From Octopus vulgaris (lineage: Eukaryota), in assembly GCA_951406725.2 (NCBI GenBank), contig OX597823.1:65782001-65846000 (forward strand): a stretch of 64,000 nucleotides of DNA, given 5' to 3'. Below the pieces are notes generated by a model, which had not been told where the DNA came from, made no database searches, and was given only the letters and a program-made list of their open reading frames with translations. The translations under genes were made by a program, and so were the position numbers. Positions 14,263-26,197 of the stretch are shown piece after piece; position 1 is the stretch's first letter, and the number at the start of each line of letters is the position of its first letter.

Positions 14263-16267
14263 TCTAATACAATATAAAAACCGAGATGTGTGCGTATTTA
14301 CTTTTCACACGAAACACCGGCTTCCCCAATTGATTCCATACTTGTGATGCATGAATAACTTCACCTCGGGCAAATTATAGGCTGTTCATTTGTTTTTTTT
14401 TATTAAAAATTATTAGAATATTAAAATATTGCTTTTTCTGATACATTCTCGCCATCGAAAGTTTCAAAAATATTTACTTCCGGTTTTCTAGCGACAGAGA
14501 GGTAACATATCTCTTTAGGTATATCTCTATATCTATATCTCTTGTTTTTACCTTCATTTTTCAGACGCTAAGATTTTCACTTTCAATTTACAAACGCCAT
14601 TGTTTAACTTTCATTTTATTGTTGTCACTGTAAGTTTTCAATCGCTATTTACAAACAAACAACGATAAATTACTGACAGAAGTATCTTCATAAATTTCAC
14701 TTCAATCCATACGGTTTTGTCTTTTTCTGTTGTTGACGGTTGCTTCCTGGTTTCCTTCGATACTGGCTATTTCGATCACTGAGTGACAAATTTCGTTTCA
14801 ACCCGTTCAATACTTCATTTTCCGTTAAAATTCCTTATTTGCGTTCTGCCCATCGTATTAAGAAATATAATTTCCGTTACCAAGTTACTTTCATTGTTTA
14901 CTATCTTCTGCACTCGTGTATTTCTGTATGCATATATAACCATTCCCCAAAGGAAAGTGTCAAATTTGTCGGCATAACTAGAGATTTCTGCCCCACCACC
15001 ACCACCACCAAGTTGGATGATCATAACTTTCAGAAAAATGGATATTTTTTAATAAAATTTCTACCTACGAATATGTGTTGTTTCATGTAGATTCCGAATA
15101 TACAAAATTTTGGGGGAATATACAAAGCTTTAGAAGTGTGTGGTGAATTTCTGAAAATTCACCAGAGAACTCGTTATGCAAAAATAACATCTGAAGGTCT
15201 GGTACACAGAAATATGTTATTAAAACGACTTATTTGTTGCATACGATTTTTTTCACTTTACATTAATTTCCAGGTAAACATTTCTAACAAAAAGGCAGAA
15301 GATACCAGAAGCAAAAATAAATAATATACGCGCACAGTTAGATATAGAAGTGTAAAGTATAATTTGTTATATAATCTCTACAATAAACGTGGTACTGAAT
15401 GGAATACGTCCCCGATTGAACTTTTTCAATTACATATGTGTCTGTGCGTGTGTGTATGTGTGTGTTTCAAATCTACAGATGCGCAAACGTACAAAACGAA
15501 GGAAGTGAAACAAATATGAACGAAGTGTTCCGAAAACACCCCCGAGTGGGGAACAGATCTCAAAAATAACCCCCAGTTGTTTTCCCCCCAAATTCCTGTC
15601 TTCGGAACCTACATAGTCCGAGGAATATGTGTAGGGAATTTCATTAAAAAATATTCATTTTCTTGAAAGCTAAAACGAATTAAGTGGAATTCAGTGAATT
15701 TTCTGAAATTCCGTACCCCACTCCCTCCCATAACACATCCCTAATCGTTTTTGTATAGTTTTAATCTACTTGATATAACACATATTTTTAGTAATTCTTA
15801 TCGAAAAATATCCATTTTTCTGAAAGTTATGATTATCCAAATTCGGTGGGGGCAGAAATCTGTAGTTATGCCAATTTGTCTACTATATCAAGGTCATCCA
15901 AATGAATGTCTCTGTCCAAAGAAAGAGAGATAGCTGCAGAAAGGGTAGCATACCAAGAAACAAATAGAGTGTGCACTACAAAATTCAGAGCATCTCAGAG
16001 TGATGAACACAGGTATTCACGTCTGACAAGGAATAGGATCTCAACTGCAGAACGAAAAGCAGTTGCTACAGTTCAGGGAAGCAACTTCTATGAAGCAGCT
16101 TTCTTTTCCCATTTCCCTGAACTTTTAAGTTCCTTGTTCGCATGGGTTGCAGAGATATATAAAAAGTGGGTATCTCAGTTACTAGCAGTTGAGACATGTG
16201 TAATCTAGTCTGTATTTTTAAATTTGATTTTTTTTTTTACCCAGGCAAATCCGGGTATTTCTGCTAG
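14263..16267 (+). mobile_element. Non-autonomous Helitron
   Basis: 5' A|TCTAATACAATATAAAA; 3' hairpin ACCCAGGCAAATCCGGGT followed by CTAG|T at 16264-16267; 15906-16110 encodes a charged RASQSDEHRYSRL...FYEAAF stretch like RepHel N-termini. Confidence 0.75.
14971..15872. mobile_element. 902-bp non-autonomous TIR transposon nested in the Helitron, 8-bp TSD
   Basis: Ends GGCATAACTAGAGATTTCTGCCCC and GGGGCAGAAATCTGTAGTTATGCC; TIR extends about 90 bp; TSD AATTTGTC at 14963-14970 and 15873-15880. Superfamily uncertain (GG ends with 8-bp TSD fit Merlin; hAT or MULE not excluded). Confidence 0.9.
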
Positions 16268-16835
16268 TGTATACATATAAAAATCTCCGACTTACTCAGT
16301 TACTCAGTATACAAATGATATAGAGAATGAATGGGTCGAGAAACAGTATAACAAATCCAGAACTATATGTGTGTGTGTATGCGTGTGCGTGTGTTTGTGT
16401 ATGTGTATGTATGGATGTATACACACATACGTATATGTATGTATGCATATATATATATATATATATCGTTGATGATCTTCTTCTAGCATTCTGGCCGGCT
16501 ACCTAGCAGGCCAGCCCTGCCAATATACACATATATTTGAATTTTCTCTGACTCCTCAGATTTTTTGAATGCTGGACTACTGGTTTTAAATTGATATTAA
16601 AATTAATATTAATTTATCTCCCTCAATATTTAAATATTTAAATAAATACGTTCCCTAGTTGTAAGCACTACCCGCAGTGAATTATTCACTGCAGTCCTTC
16701 ACTTCAGGAGTATCTTAGCGCGCCAGAACCAAGACATTTGAAATTTTATTCCCGATGTAATCAGTAAGACTAAGGACGTGTCTGTCTTGACACAGAGAGC
16801 TGGGGTTAGTCTTGCGGTTTGCATCTCGAGGACCG

Positions 16836-16911
16836 AATGTACTGATGAAGTCACGGACACTTGAATTATGCAAGTAATACTTTTGTTAAGACCGAAACAA
16901 AGGTATACATT
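16836..16911 (+). ncRNA. Type I hammerhead ribozyme, unit 1
   Basis: aaugua CUGAUGA aguc...[acuug-aauuaug-caagu]...gacc GAAAC aaag GUA uacauu; predicted cleavage after 16905. Confidence 0.72.
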
Positions 16912-17381
16912 TAAGTCTGTTTTTTATTTAATTTTTCATATGTCCTGCCCGCCAAAGTTGGTTCTGGTGTTCGCTGAATTCTTCCTCGAGAGAATTTCCC
17001 TTGTAGTTTGATCGTTGATGATCTTCTTCTAGCATTCTGGCCGGCTACCTAGCAGGCCAGCCCTGCCAATATACACATGTATTTGAATTTTCTCTGACTC
17101 CTCAGATTTTTTGAATGCTGGACTACTGGTTTTAAATTGATATTAAAATTAATATTAATTTATCTCCCTCAATATTTAAATATTTAAATAAATACGTTCC
17201 CTAGTTGTAAGCACTACCCGCAGTGAATTATTCACTGCAGCCCTTCGCTTCAGGAGTATCTTAGCGCGCCAGAACCAAGACATTTGAAATTTTATTCCCG
17301 ATGTAATCAGTAAGACTAAGCACGTGTCTGTCTTGACACAGAGAGCTGGGGTTAGTCTTTCGGTTTGCATCTCGAGGACCG

Positions 17382-17457
17382 AATGTACTGATGAAGTCAC
17401 GGACACTTGAATTATGCAAGTAATTCTTTTGTTAAGACCGAAACCGAGGTATACATT
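17382..17457 (+). ncRNA. Type I hammerhead ribozyme, unit 2
   Basis: aaugua CUGAUGA aguc...gacc GAAAC cgag GUA uacauu; stem III ACCGAGGU near-palindromic; predicted cleavage after 17451. Confidence 0.77.
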
Positions 17458-17716
17458 TAAGTCTGTTTTTCATTTAATTTTTCATATGTCCTGCCCGCCA
17501 AAGTTGGTTCTGGTGTTCGCTGAATTCTTCCTCTAGAGAATTTCCCTTGTAGTTTGATCGTTGATGATCTTCTTCTAGCATTCTGGCCGGCTACCTAGCA
17601 GGCCAGCCCTGCCAATATACACATATATTTGAATTTTCTCTGACTCCTCAGATTTTTTGAATGCTGGACTACTGGTTTTAAATTGATATTAAAATTAATA
17701 TTAATTTATCTCCCTC

Positions 17717-17757
<41 letters not shown>

Positions 17758-17763
17758 CATCTA

Positions 17764-17990
17764 TGCGCGTGGTTTAGTGGTTAGAATGTTGGACCTTGAT
17801 CGTAAAATATAGTTTCGATTCCTGGACCGATGGCAGTGTTGTTTTATTGAGGAAAGTCCTTCATTTCTCGTTGTTCGAGTACATTCAGCTGGTTAAAGTG
17901 ATTGTTCCTGTGACGGACCAGCGTCTTGTCCAGGTGGGGAATATATACGACATGGAAGCCAGGAAACAGGCCCCCTGAGTGTATATGACT
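17764..17990 (+). mobile_element. tRNA-derived SINE (degenerate)
   Basis: A-box-like TGGTTTAGTGG and B-box-like GTTTCGATTCC; body CCTGTGACGGACCAGCGTCTTGTCCAGG resembles a conserved SINE central domain. Confidence 0.6.
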
Positions 17991-18094
17991 AGGGAAAGAT
18001 ATTTACCTTATATATATATATATGTTAGAAGTTTTTGGGAAGAAAGAGAAAAAAACCAAGGCTGTGTAGATATTAGAGCATTTATGGATAGAAT

Positions 18095-18146
18095 GTCTTA
18101 CAGCTGTTTCTAGGATATTTATTGATAATATCCCTTCATCGGAGAC
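18095..18146 (-). ncRNA. Minimal hammerhead, U4C core variant, inside a pLTR-like block (about 18025-18370)
   Basis: Minus strand gucu CCGAUGA ag-ggauauu-aucaaua-aauaucc-ua GAAAC agcu GUA agac; palindromic stem III ACAGCUGU. Confidence 0.7.
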
Positions 18147-18378
18147 GGTGTGAGAGGAAAGTTAAATTATAGACTAGATGTGATACAAAATAGAGAGTGA
18201 GCTGGAAGAAAGAAATTAGATGCAAGATATGTATGGGTATTGAAGTTGTAAATCCATTTTATAGGCATAATGGTATATATGCAATATTCCAATATCCTAT
18301 GAGTAAAGTCCAAAAGTCCAACAGAGTTTAATATGTGTCCTTCCAAATATAGAGTTTATAAGCAATAATATATATATA

Positions 18379-18748
18379 AGTGGCTGTGTGGTAAGTAGCT
18401 TGCTAACCAACCACATGGTTCCGGGTTCAGTCCCACTACGTGGCAACTTGGGTAAGTGTCTTCTGCTATAGCCCCCGGCCGACCAATGCCTTGTGAGAGG
18501 ATTTGGTAGACGGAAACTGAAAGAAGCCTGTCGTATATATGTATATATATATATATATAAGTGTGTGTGTATATGTTTGTGTGTCTTTGCCTGACAACCG
18601 ATGCTGGTGTGTTTACGTCCCCGTCACTTAGTGGTTCGGCAAAAGAGACCGATAGAATAAGTACTGGGCTTACAAAGAATAAGTCCCGGGGTCAATTTGA
18701 TCGACTAAAGGCGGTGCTCCAGCATGGCCGCAGTCAAATAAGTGAAAG
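18379..18748 (+). mobile_element. tRNA-derived SINE family 1, with internal microsatellite
   Basis: A box TGGCTGTGTGG, B box GGTTCAGTCCC; homologous copies at 30183-30331(-), 46760-47235(-), 51377-51516(+), weaker at 18800-18925(-) and 13905-14070(-). Confidence 0.85.
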
Positions 18749-18750
18749 AG

Positions 18751-18782
<32 letters not shown>

Positions 18783-19508
18783 TGTATGTATGTATGACTT
18801 CTACACAGTTTCTCTCTTCAACATTTCCCTATTGCAGTAGTCACTTGTCGAAGGTGCTATGCAGTGGAACAGACGCTAAACGTGATTGAAAGGCGAGCTT
18901 TCTAACAACAATGTCATGCCTGCGCTTATGTGTGGTACAGGAATCAACTCTTAATGCTATGTTCGTCCCCTGTAAGATACGTTTTCTTAATTTTACTCTT
19001 CACTCTTTGTCTTTGCTCCGTATACATTTGCCTTGCTTACCTATTGACCATTAAGCAGCCAATATAATGGACATCACCAATCAGAAAAGGGGAACGAATT
19101 CATTATATGGGTTCCGTTTTCTGTTCCGAATTTCTCCTTCTTTTACTCTCACACAAGCTTAAACACTATCACATATGCACATCATTCACAAGTACACACA
19201 AGCACACAGCGCGAACATATAAACATATGTATGGGAATAAATAGGTCCATAAAAACCCCGACAATATTTATATAATTGCATTGAGGTTATGAAATGAGAT
19301 TCCCATAATAATATTTGCTATACACATATTCGTCCTTAGAAGAGTGTCGGAAAGTTATTGTTACTTCTCTCCTCTTTACACACACATACACACACATACA
19401 CACACATACATTCACTATATATATAACTATAAATATATGTATATTGTCAATACACATATACGTATATATATGTGGGTGGTGTTTATGTATGTATATATTT
19501 ATTTTATA

Positions 19509-19550
<42 letters not shown>

Positions 19551-20624
19551 ACATATAGAACCATTAGTTATAGATAAACTTATATATTTAAACACACAAA
19601 AAACATAGACTTTTTATTAAGAAATTTGCCTAATCAAATATAATAATAAACTAAATAGAAAATGTTTTTTTTAAATAGATTTTAAATTATACTAATATGA
19701 CTACATCCAATATTACGACTTCGTCATTAATGTAATGTTCATTTTTCATTTTGCCTTACAAATTGTAATTAGAATAGTTTGTAAAAGATCATCAAAAGCT
19801 AAATATATACGAAATCTTTTTACTTTCTATAGATAATACAGTTAACTATGTGATATTCTGTTTTATGAAAGACACAAGGACAAACACACACGTATACATT
19901 CACACATGTGTGTACGTATATATATACATAATTACATACATATATACATGAAAACATACATACATATATTTATATATATTTATATGTGTATGTCTTACAA
20001 ATTACCGAGTTGCAGACATCTTTCTCAAACAAATATTTATATATTTCTTTTTGGCTTTTTTTTCAATGTTATCTCTCATTGCAATTTATATTTTCACCTC
20101 CTTGTTATATGATATATAAACTATAATTGCTTTTCAAACCTAAAGCAATCAGATAAGAATCAATATAGAAAATTTATTACAAATCATTGATCGTGAAATC
20201 ATTGACCAAAATGGATAGTAGTATTTCACTAAGAGATCAACATTAATTTTATACCAGCTACCATCGTTCCGCAATGATTCTGCACTGAAGACACTTAATA
20301 TCTCAAATAGATGTTCACTGAATTGTCAAACTTGCGCTAAATATGGCATTCAAAATTGTTAATGGCTAGGAATTAAGAGATTACTATTAGTCACACCATA
20401 AATGAAAGGATACTGGATTTTTTTTGTTAGATCTTTACATTCTCACAGATATTGAAATCAAGCTTTCCTGGGATTAGGATATTCTAGTTGTACCACATCC
20501 TTCTTTTGATATCATAATTGCCGGTAAGGTCTATTGTGTCTCACAAGGCATGAGCATCTGCTTATTCAAACAAGATCAAAACAAGTAATGCTACCACCGC
20601 TACTGCTAGCACTGCTGCTATCAT

Positions 20625-20871
<247 letters not shown>

Positions 20872-20872
<1 letters not shown>

Positions 20873-21002
20873 TTAGAACACTTTCCATACAATAACCATC
20901 AGAGCATCACAATTAATCACAGCACATACCTAAGGCACACAGAGCTACGCTCGGTATTGAAGTGAAAGCACGCTATAAAAAATAAAACTACTTAATAATA
21001 TT

Positions 21003-21061
<59 letters not shown>

Positions 21062-21240
21062 TAATTTTAATAATAACACACAGAAAATATCACTACTAGG
21101 CACTGCACACTACGTAAAGCATTTTCAGTACAGTAACAATAAGAACATCACAACAAACCACACCACATACCCAAGACACAAACGGCTGCGCTCGGTAATG
21201 CAGTAAGAGCACATGATCAAAATAAGACTGCTGAACGATA
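20872..21240 (+). mobile_element. Two 3' ends of an R4/Dong-like non-LTR retrotransposon in (TAA)n
   Basis: About 21080-21135 reads QKISLLGTAH.LRKAFSVQ*, typical of the end of RLE-type ORFs; 20872-20995 is a diverged second copy of the same 3' end; both are embedded in (AAT)n, the known Dong target. Confidence 0.7.
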
Positions 21241-21466
21241 ATGATAGTAATACCTAAAATAACAGAAACAATAACACACTACTACTACTATAACTACGAC
21301 TATTTCGAAATAATTCTTGTAATATGAAGAATTGGCTAAATCCAACCAATCCAATATATATATATATAACGGGAAGCTTTATGAAAATAAACAAAAGACG
21401 AAGGCAGGTGGAAAACAAACGAACAATTGTATTAGTATGGCGCTCAGGAAATATAAATAAAACAAG

Positions 21467-21504
21467 TCTTTAACGTTTCGAGCCTACGCTCTTCAACAGA
21501 AAGA
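21467..21504 (-). ncRNA. Hammerhead-like variant (A6U core, no stem III loop) in a pLTR-like block starting about 21368
   Basis: Minus strand ucuuu CUGUUGA a gagc-guag-gcuc GAAAC GUU aaaga. Confidence 0.45.
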
Positions 21505-21684
21505 TACACAGAGAGAGAAAAACACAGAAAGAAGGAGAGAAAAAAATGCGTGCAGTAGCTAACGAATCAACATGGCGATCTGATTTCGGCCAGAGGTCAA
21601 AGATCAAACATGAGACGCGAGAGCGAAATAAGGGGAGATAATAGGGTTGATAAAGGGGTTGAGGGACCAGCTAAAAGTGCGTGG

Positions 21685-21995
21685 GAGGGGTCTGGATGTA
21701 TGTATGTATAGGGTTGGTGTATGTATTAGTATGTATAAGGGTGTGTGTGTGTATGAGAGAGTATTAGTGCGTAAGATTGGTCTGGACGTGCGTATGTATG
21801 GGGTTGGTGTATGTATTAGTATGTATTAGTATGTATTAGTACGTATTGGTATGTATAGGTGTGTGTGTGTGTGTGTGAGAGAGAGTATAAGTGCGTATGC
21901 GGGGTCTGGACGTGTGTATGTATAGGGTTGGTGTAAGTATTAGTATGTACTAGTATGTATTAGTACGTATTAGTATGTATTAGTTGGTGTGTGTA
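21685..21995. repeat. Irregular minisatellite
   Basis: Three GGTCTGGAYGTRYGTATGTAT...GGGTTGGTGTA blocks with TAGTATGTAT decamer expansions. Confidence 0.8.
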
Positions 21996-22047
21996 TTAGT
22001 ATGGCACATCATATGTGATGTGATGTGTAAAGTCATGTGGTGTAGTG

Positions 22048-22332
22048 AGGAGAAGAAGAGGGGGAGGGGGAGAAGAGGGGGAGGGGAAGAAGAGGGGGAG
22101 GAGAAGGGGGGAGAGGAGAGGATGGGGAGAAGGAAGGGGATGAGGGGGATGAAGGAGGAAAGAGGGAGAGGGGGGAGAGAGAAGGGGAGAGAGGGAGTGA
22201 GGGAGCAGAGGGAAGGGGAAGAGGGAGGGAGAAAGAGGGAAGAAGGGAAGGGGAGTAGGGGTGAAAGGATGAAGGACTGAAGAAGTAGGGGTCGGGGGGA
22301 GAAAGGATAGGTGAGGAGGGGGGAGAGGGGAA
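22048..22332 (+). repeat. G-rich polypurine tract
   Basis: Almost only G and A, with many GGG runs. Confidence 0.9.
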
Positions 22333-23437
22333 TATGAGTGTATAGACATAGGTTCTGTATGGATATATGCATGTATGTATCTGTTTCTCTATGAAAATGT
22401 ATATCTTCGATCTTATTTTACAAAGTATTCTCTATACCCTTCGATCTTAATAAGTTTTCTTTATTCAATTTCTGCAGGAGTAACCTTTCCCTATCCAATA
22501 CCTAGTCAAAGGTGTGAAAAGTTATAAAACAGTAATACGCTGATGTTCAACATTCAGCTAGAGCCGATAGTTAAACGCAATTTTAAGACACGTATTCAAG
22601 TCAAACGCATTGTTTTAGGAGTCAACTTTCACACAAATCTCGAAATATATACTACTTTGATAGAAGCAGTTTTCTGGCAGTACTGTAAAACTCAGGTGGA
22701 TTCCAGGTAGTATTTAAATTAGTTCATCTGTGTTCTCAGCTGATATATCACTGGGTTTCAGTTTGACTCATATTTCATCGTAATCGCGGAATATATGAAG
22801 TTTCAATTAATTCTTTTGTATGACCATATAAGCTATTGTGATCTTTGGCGGTGTTTGAACTCAAAATTAAAGAGAATGTAAAGTTTCTTTTCATCTCCAA
22901 CACTGTTTATCCAACATGCAGCTGACCATGTGAGAAGCAAGGTTGAAGGAGGTTAAGTCCCACCACAAGATTGACCTATGCTTTAAAGATTCTCTCAGGT
23001 CAACGAAACCATACTTCACTCTCATACTATTTTCCATGTAATTTGTGTTATTTTCGCGCACACACACTCTCTGGGTGAAGGAAAGTAAAACTTTTTGCTT
23101 GCAAGCTAAAGGGAGAAAATCTGGACATCTTTTCTCTATCAGAATCTATATATATATAATTTAATCTATTCACGCTTGCCTGATTATTTGACAAAGACCT
23201 TTTGTATATAGAGTTACTAGTAATTTTAGAATAACTAGCATAATTAATGCAAATGGAGCTAAAGGGAAATAAATCTGATAGAATAAAACCATATTTTAGT
23301 ATTAAATAGGTTAAGTAGCTACTAGTAAATGCCATATGAAAACATTCCAAATTCACAAAACATTCTATAGTAATTGGTGATAGAATGTTAAACTGTAACG
23401 GCAATTAATAATTTATCAAGTCGTTAATTTTGATATC

Positions 23438-23630
23438 TGCGGGCTAGCTCGCAAAAAAGAAATGACAGCCAACAGACCGGATTCAACGTATAGATGTGAC
23501 CTCTGCAAACGAGACTGTCACTCTCGCATCGGTCTTAACAGCCACAGGAGGCTTTGCAAAAACTGAATAGACAACAAACGGACGGATCACATTATCCATG
23601 GTCAGCCATGGCCGACGGAGGCCCTAGAAG
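23438..23630 (+). mobile_element. 3' end of an RTE (BovB-like) LINE
   Basis: Encodes RKKEMTANRPDSTYRCDLCKRDCHSRIGLNSHRRLCKN*, the C-terminal zinc-knuckle signature of RTE ORFs, followed by a short 3' UTR. Confidence 0.85.
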
Positions 23631-24047
23631 AAATTTTGCCATCAAATGTTATGCACATTGAGTTTTTAAATTATTTCTAGTAAGTTTATATTTGCTTGTA
23701 GTGATACTGATTTAGCATTAATCCTTTACTTATTTTACAAATTGTGAATTCAAAATTATGACAATATTATGTTGGTAATTTATAAAATTTACATAACAGA
23801 CAAAAGATTTGGAATGATCAAGAGGAGGAATCAGTAATCGAGTTTATTAGTAATTTGATCATACACATATGAAAAAGAGTATATGCGTCAATATATGTGT
23901 AAACACAAGCACACGCACACACATATACACACATATATGTACCTGTACTTATACAATTGTTAAAGAGGACAAAAACGTTATGGTAAGGCAAACATCTCAA
24001 GTCGTATACATTATTATTATTTTTAAAAGAAATCAGTCTTAGAGCTT

Positions 24048-24103
<56 letters not shown>

Positions 24104-24104
24104 A

Positions 24105-25558
24105 TAATAAATATTAGGGAATAAACCCAAATTTACAGGGAAAAAATCAGATTTAGGATTAGATCCAATTTTATAGTAAAATATTATATAATATTAATTC
24201 GAGACAAAACCACTATTTTGCAAAACAAACAAAGACTTAATCAATACATAAAAAATTTTAATATAAAGAAATAAACCGCCACTACAATCGTTTCATGTCT
24301 TCAATGACATTCGTCAGGTGGATTTTCGATCTAAAATATCAATATATTAAAATATAAGTTTAAAATAATAAAATTATCAATGAAAAATATAAATATATAT
24401 AATCTATATATAATCTATATATAATCAATATATAATCTAAAATAAACCCTATAAACAATTGAATATAAAGAAACCTATTATTAAAGTTCTCATATTTAAA
24501 GATGTACAAAAAACAAAAAACAAAAAAACAAAAACAAAAAACAAAAAACAAAAAAACAAAAAACAAAAAACACAAAAAACAAAATAACAAAAAACAAAAA
24601 CAAAAACAAAAACAAAATGAAAATAAACTATATATACACACATGCTCATACACATATAACTAAATATATATAACCATATCTAAATACATACACTAACTCA
24701 CACACCAATATATATATATCTATACATACACATAAAAACGTCTATGCAACGATAAATGAATAAATTAATAAAATAGCCAAATACTTCAACACATTACTTA
24801 TTCATACTCCCTCACACACACATACATATACATACATACATAACTCGATATATACACCAATATATTCACACCCACATCCATACAGATAAATAAATTACGC
24901 AAACAATCACACACACACACACATTCACACATACATAAACACTCAAAAGAAAAATAAACAATTCTTTGCGCGTGGTGATCGAACGTTTTTTTAAAAATCA
25001 TGAATGGAAAGAATGGAATAATATTTAATCAACGTAAATATACAGAATTTACTCCAAAATCATTAATAAACCAATCATGATAATGAAACCCATATATACA
25101 TATAATGATAAAACACCCTGTACCATACACAATAATACCTATATAGCAATCCCCATAATACATTCACACACAAAAGTACACATACGTAAAACACACACCC
25201 ATAACATATACAAATACCCCCTCACATATACATATACATACGTACTAAACTCGATATATACAACAATATATTCACACCCACGCCCATATAGATAAATAAA
25301 TTACACAACCAAATACGCACACACACACACATTCACACATACATAAACACTCAAAAGAAAAACAACATATCTACACATAATACGATATATAAAATACTCC
25401 ATAAGTAACCAGATTATCATAAGTAACAAGATTAACAAATGTCATTGAAGACATGAAACGATTGTAGTGGCGGTTTATTTCTTTATATTAAAAATTTTTA
25501 TGTATTGATTAAGTCTTTCTTTGTTTGTTTTGCAAGATAGTGGTTTTGTCTCGAATTG

Positions 25559-25568
<10 letters not shown>
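24105..25568 (-). mobile_element. HHR-bearing family A element with ~128-bp inverted arms and low-complexity interior
   Basis: 24185-24311 is the near-perfect reverse complement of 25438-25568; internal direct repeat about 24842-24955 and 25248-25362; (TA)n flanks; homologous to 1341-1647. Confidence 0.8.
24279..24321 (-). ncRNA. Type I minimal hammerhead ribozyme
   Basis: Minus strand ccac CUGACGA auguc-auugaa-gacau GAAAC gauu GUA gugg. Confidence 0.83.
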
Positions 25569-25635
<67 letters not shown>

Positions 25636-26115
25636 GTATATGTATGTTTGTTGTCTTCTTTAAAAATTATATATCCGCTGCACGGAAATCTGCAATGGCT
25701 TCATAACTACCGTCTCGTCTATAACCTTAGAGCTCTAGTAATCCGTTACAGCACTTACCTAGCGTAATAACGGTTTTGATCACCTGTGATCTAATCTCCC
25801 CATACATTATATATATATATATATATATGAAACAAGCAGAGTTAGCGGTTATAGTAACCGATTACAGGATAAAGATATCCGCATTTACTATCAGTTACCT
25901 TTGCTATCTCTGGGCATGGATATGCAGGCAGAATATGCTTGTTGGGTACAGGTAACAACGGAATAAACAAAATTTATCAGGAATCAAATTTAATTAATCA
26001 GAAAATAGAGAAATCTACAGATCAACAAACTTTAGATCAAGAAACAAACAATTTAGACCACATCTCAAGATTGTTTTTTAATGCAAAACATCACATAACA
26101 TTTCTGTGACATAAC

Positions 26116-26197
26116 AATTCTTACGGCCGTTTCCGCTTCCAATATCAGTCGGTGCCTACGAAAGAATTACGAAAATAATATGCATCTTCATAGGATT
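26116..26197 (-). ncRNA. Decayed hammerhead (C3A core)
   Basis: Minus strand aauccu AUGAAGA ugc...gcg GAAAC ggcc GUA agaauu; palindromic stem III ACGGCCGU. Confidence 0.45.

Larger units (their letters stand above)
16465..17722 (+). mobile_element. 546-bp tandem array (2.3 units) with one hammerhead per unit: retrozyme-like or tandem PLE pseudo-LTR
   Basis: Unit start ATCGTTGATGATCTTC at 16465, 17011 and 17557; units differ by about a dozen substitutions; (TA)n at both ends; no meaningful ORF. Confidence 0.85.

Noticed and set aside
16465-17722. CRISPR array or ordinary satellite interpretation
   Set aside because: No short repeat/unique spacer pattern and no cas genes in a eukaryotic context; only 2.3 long units
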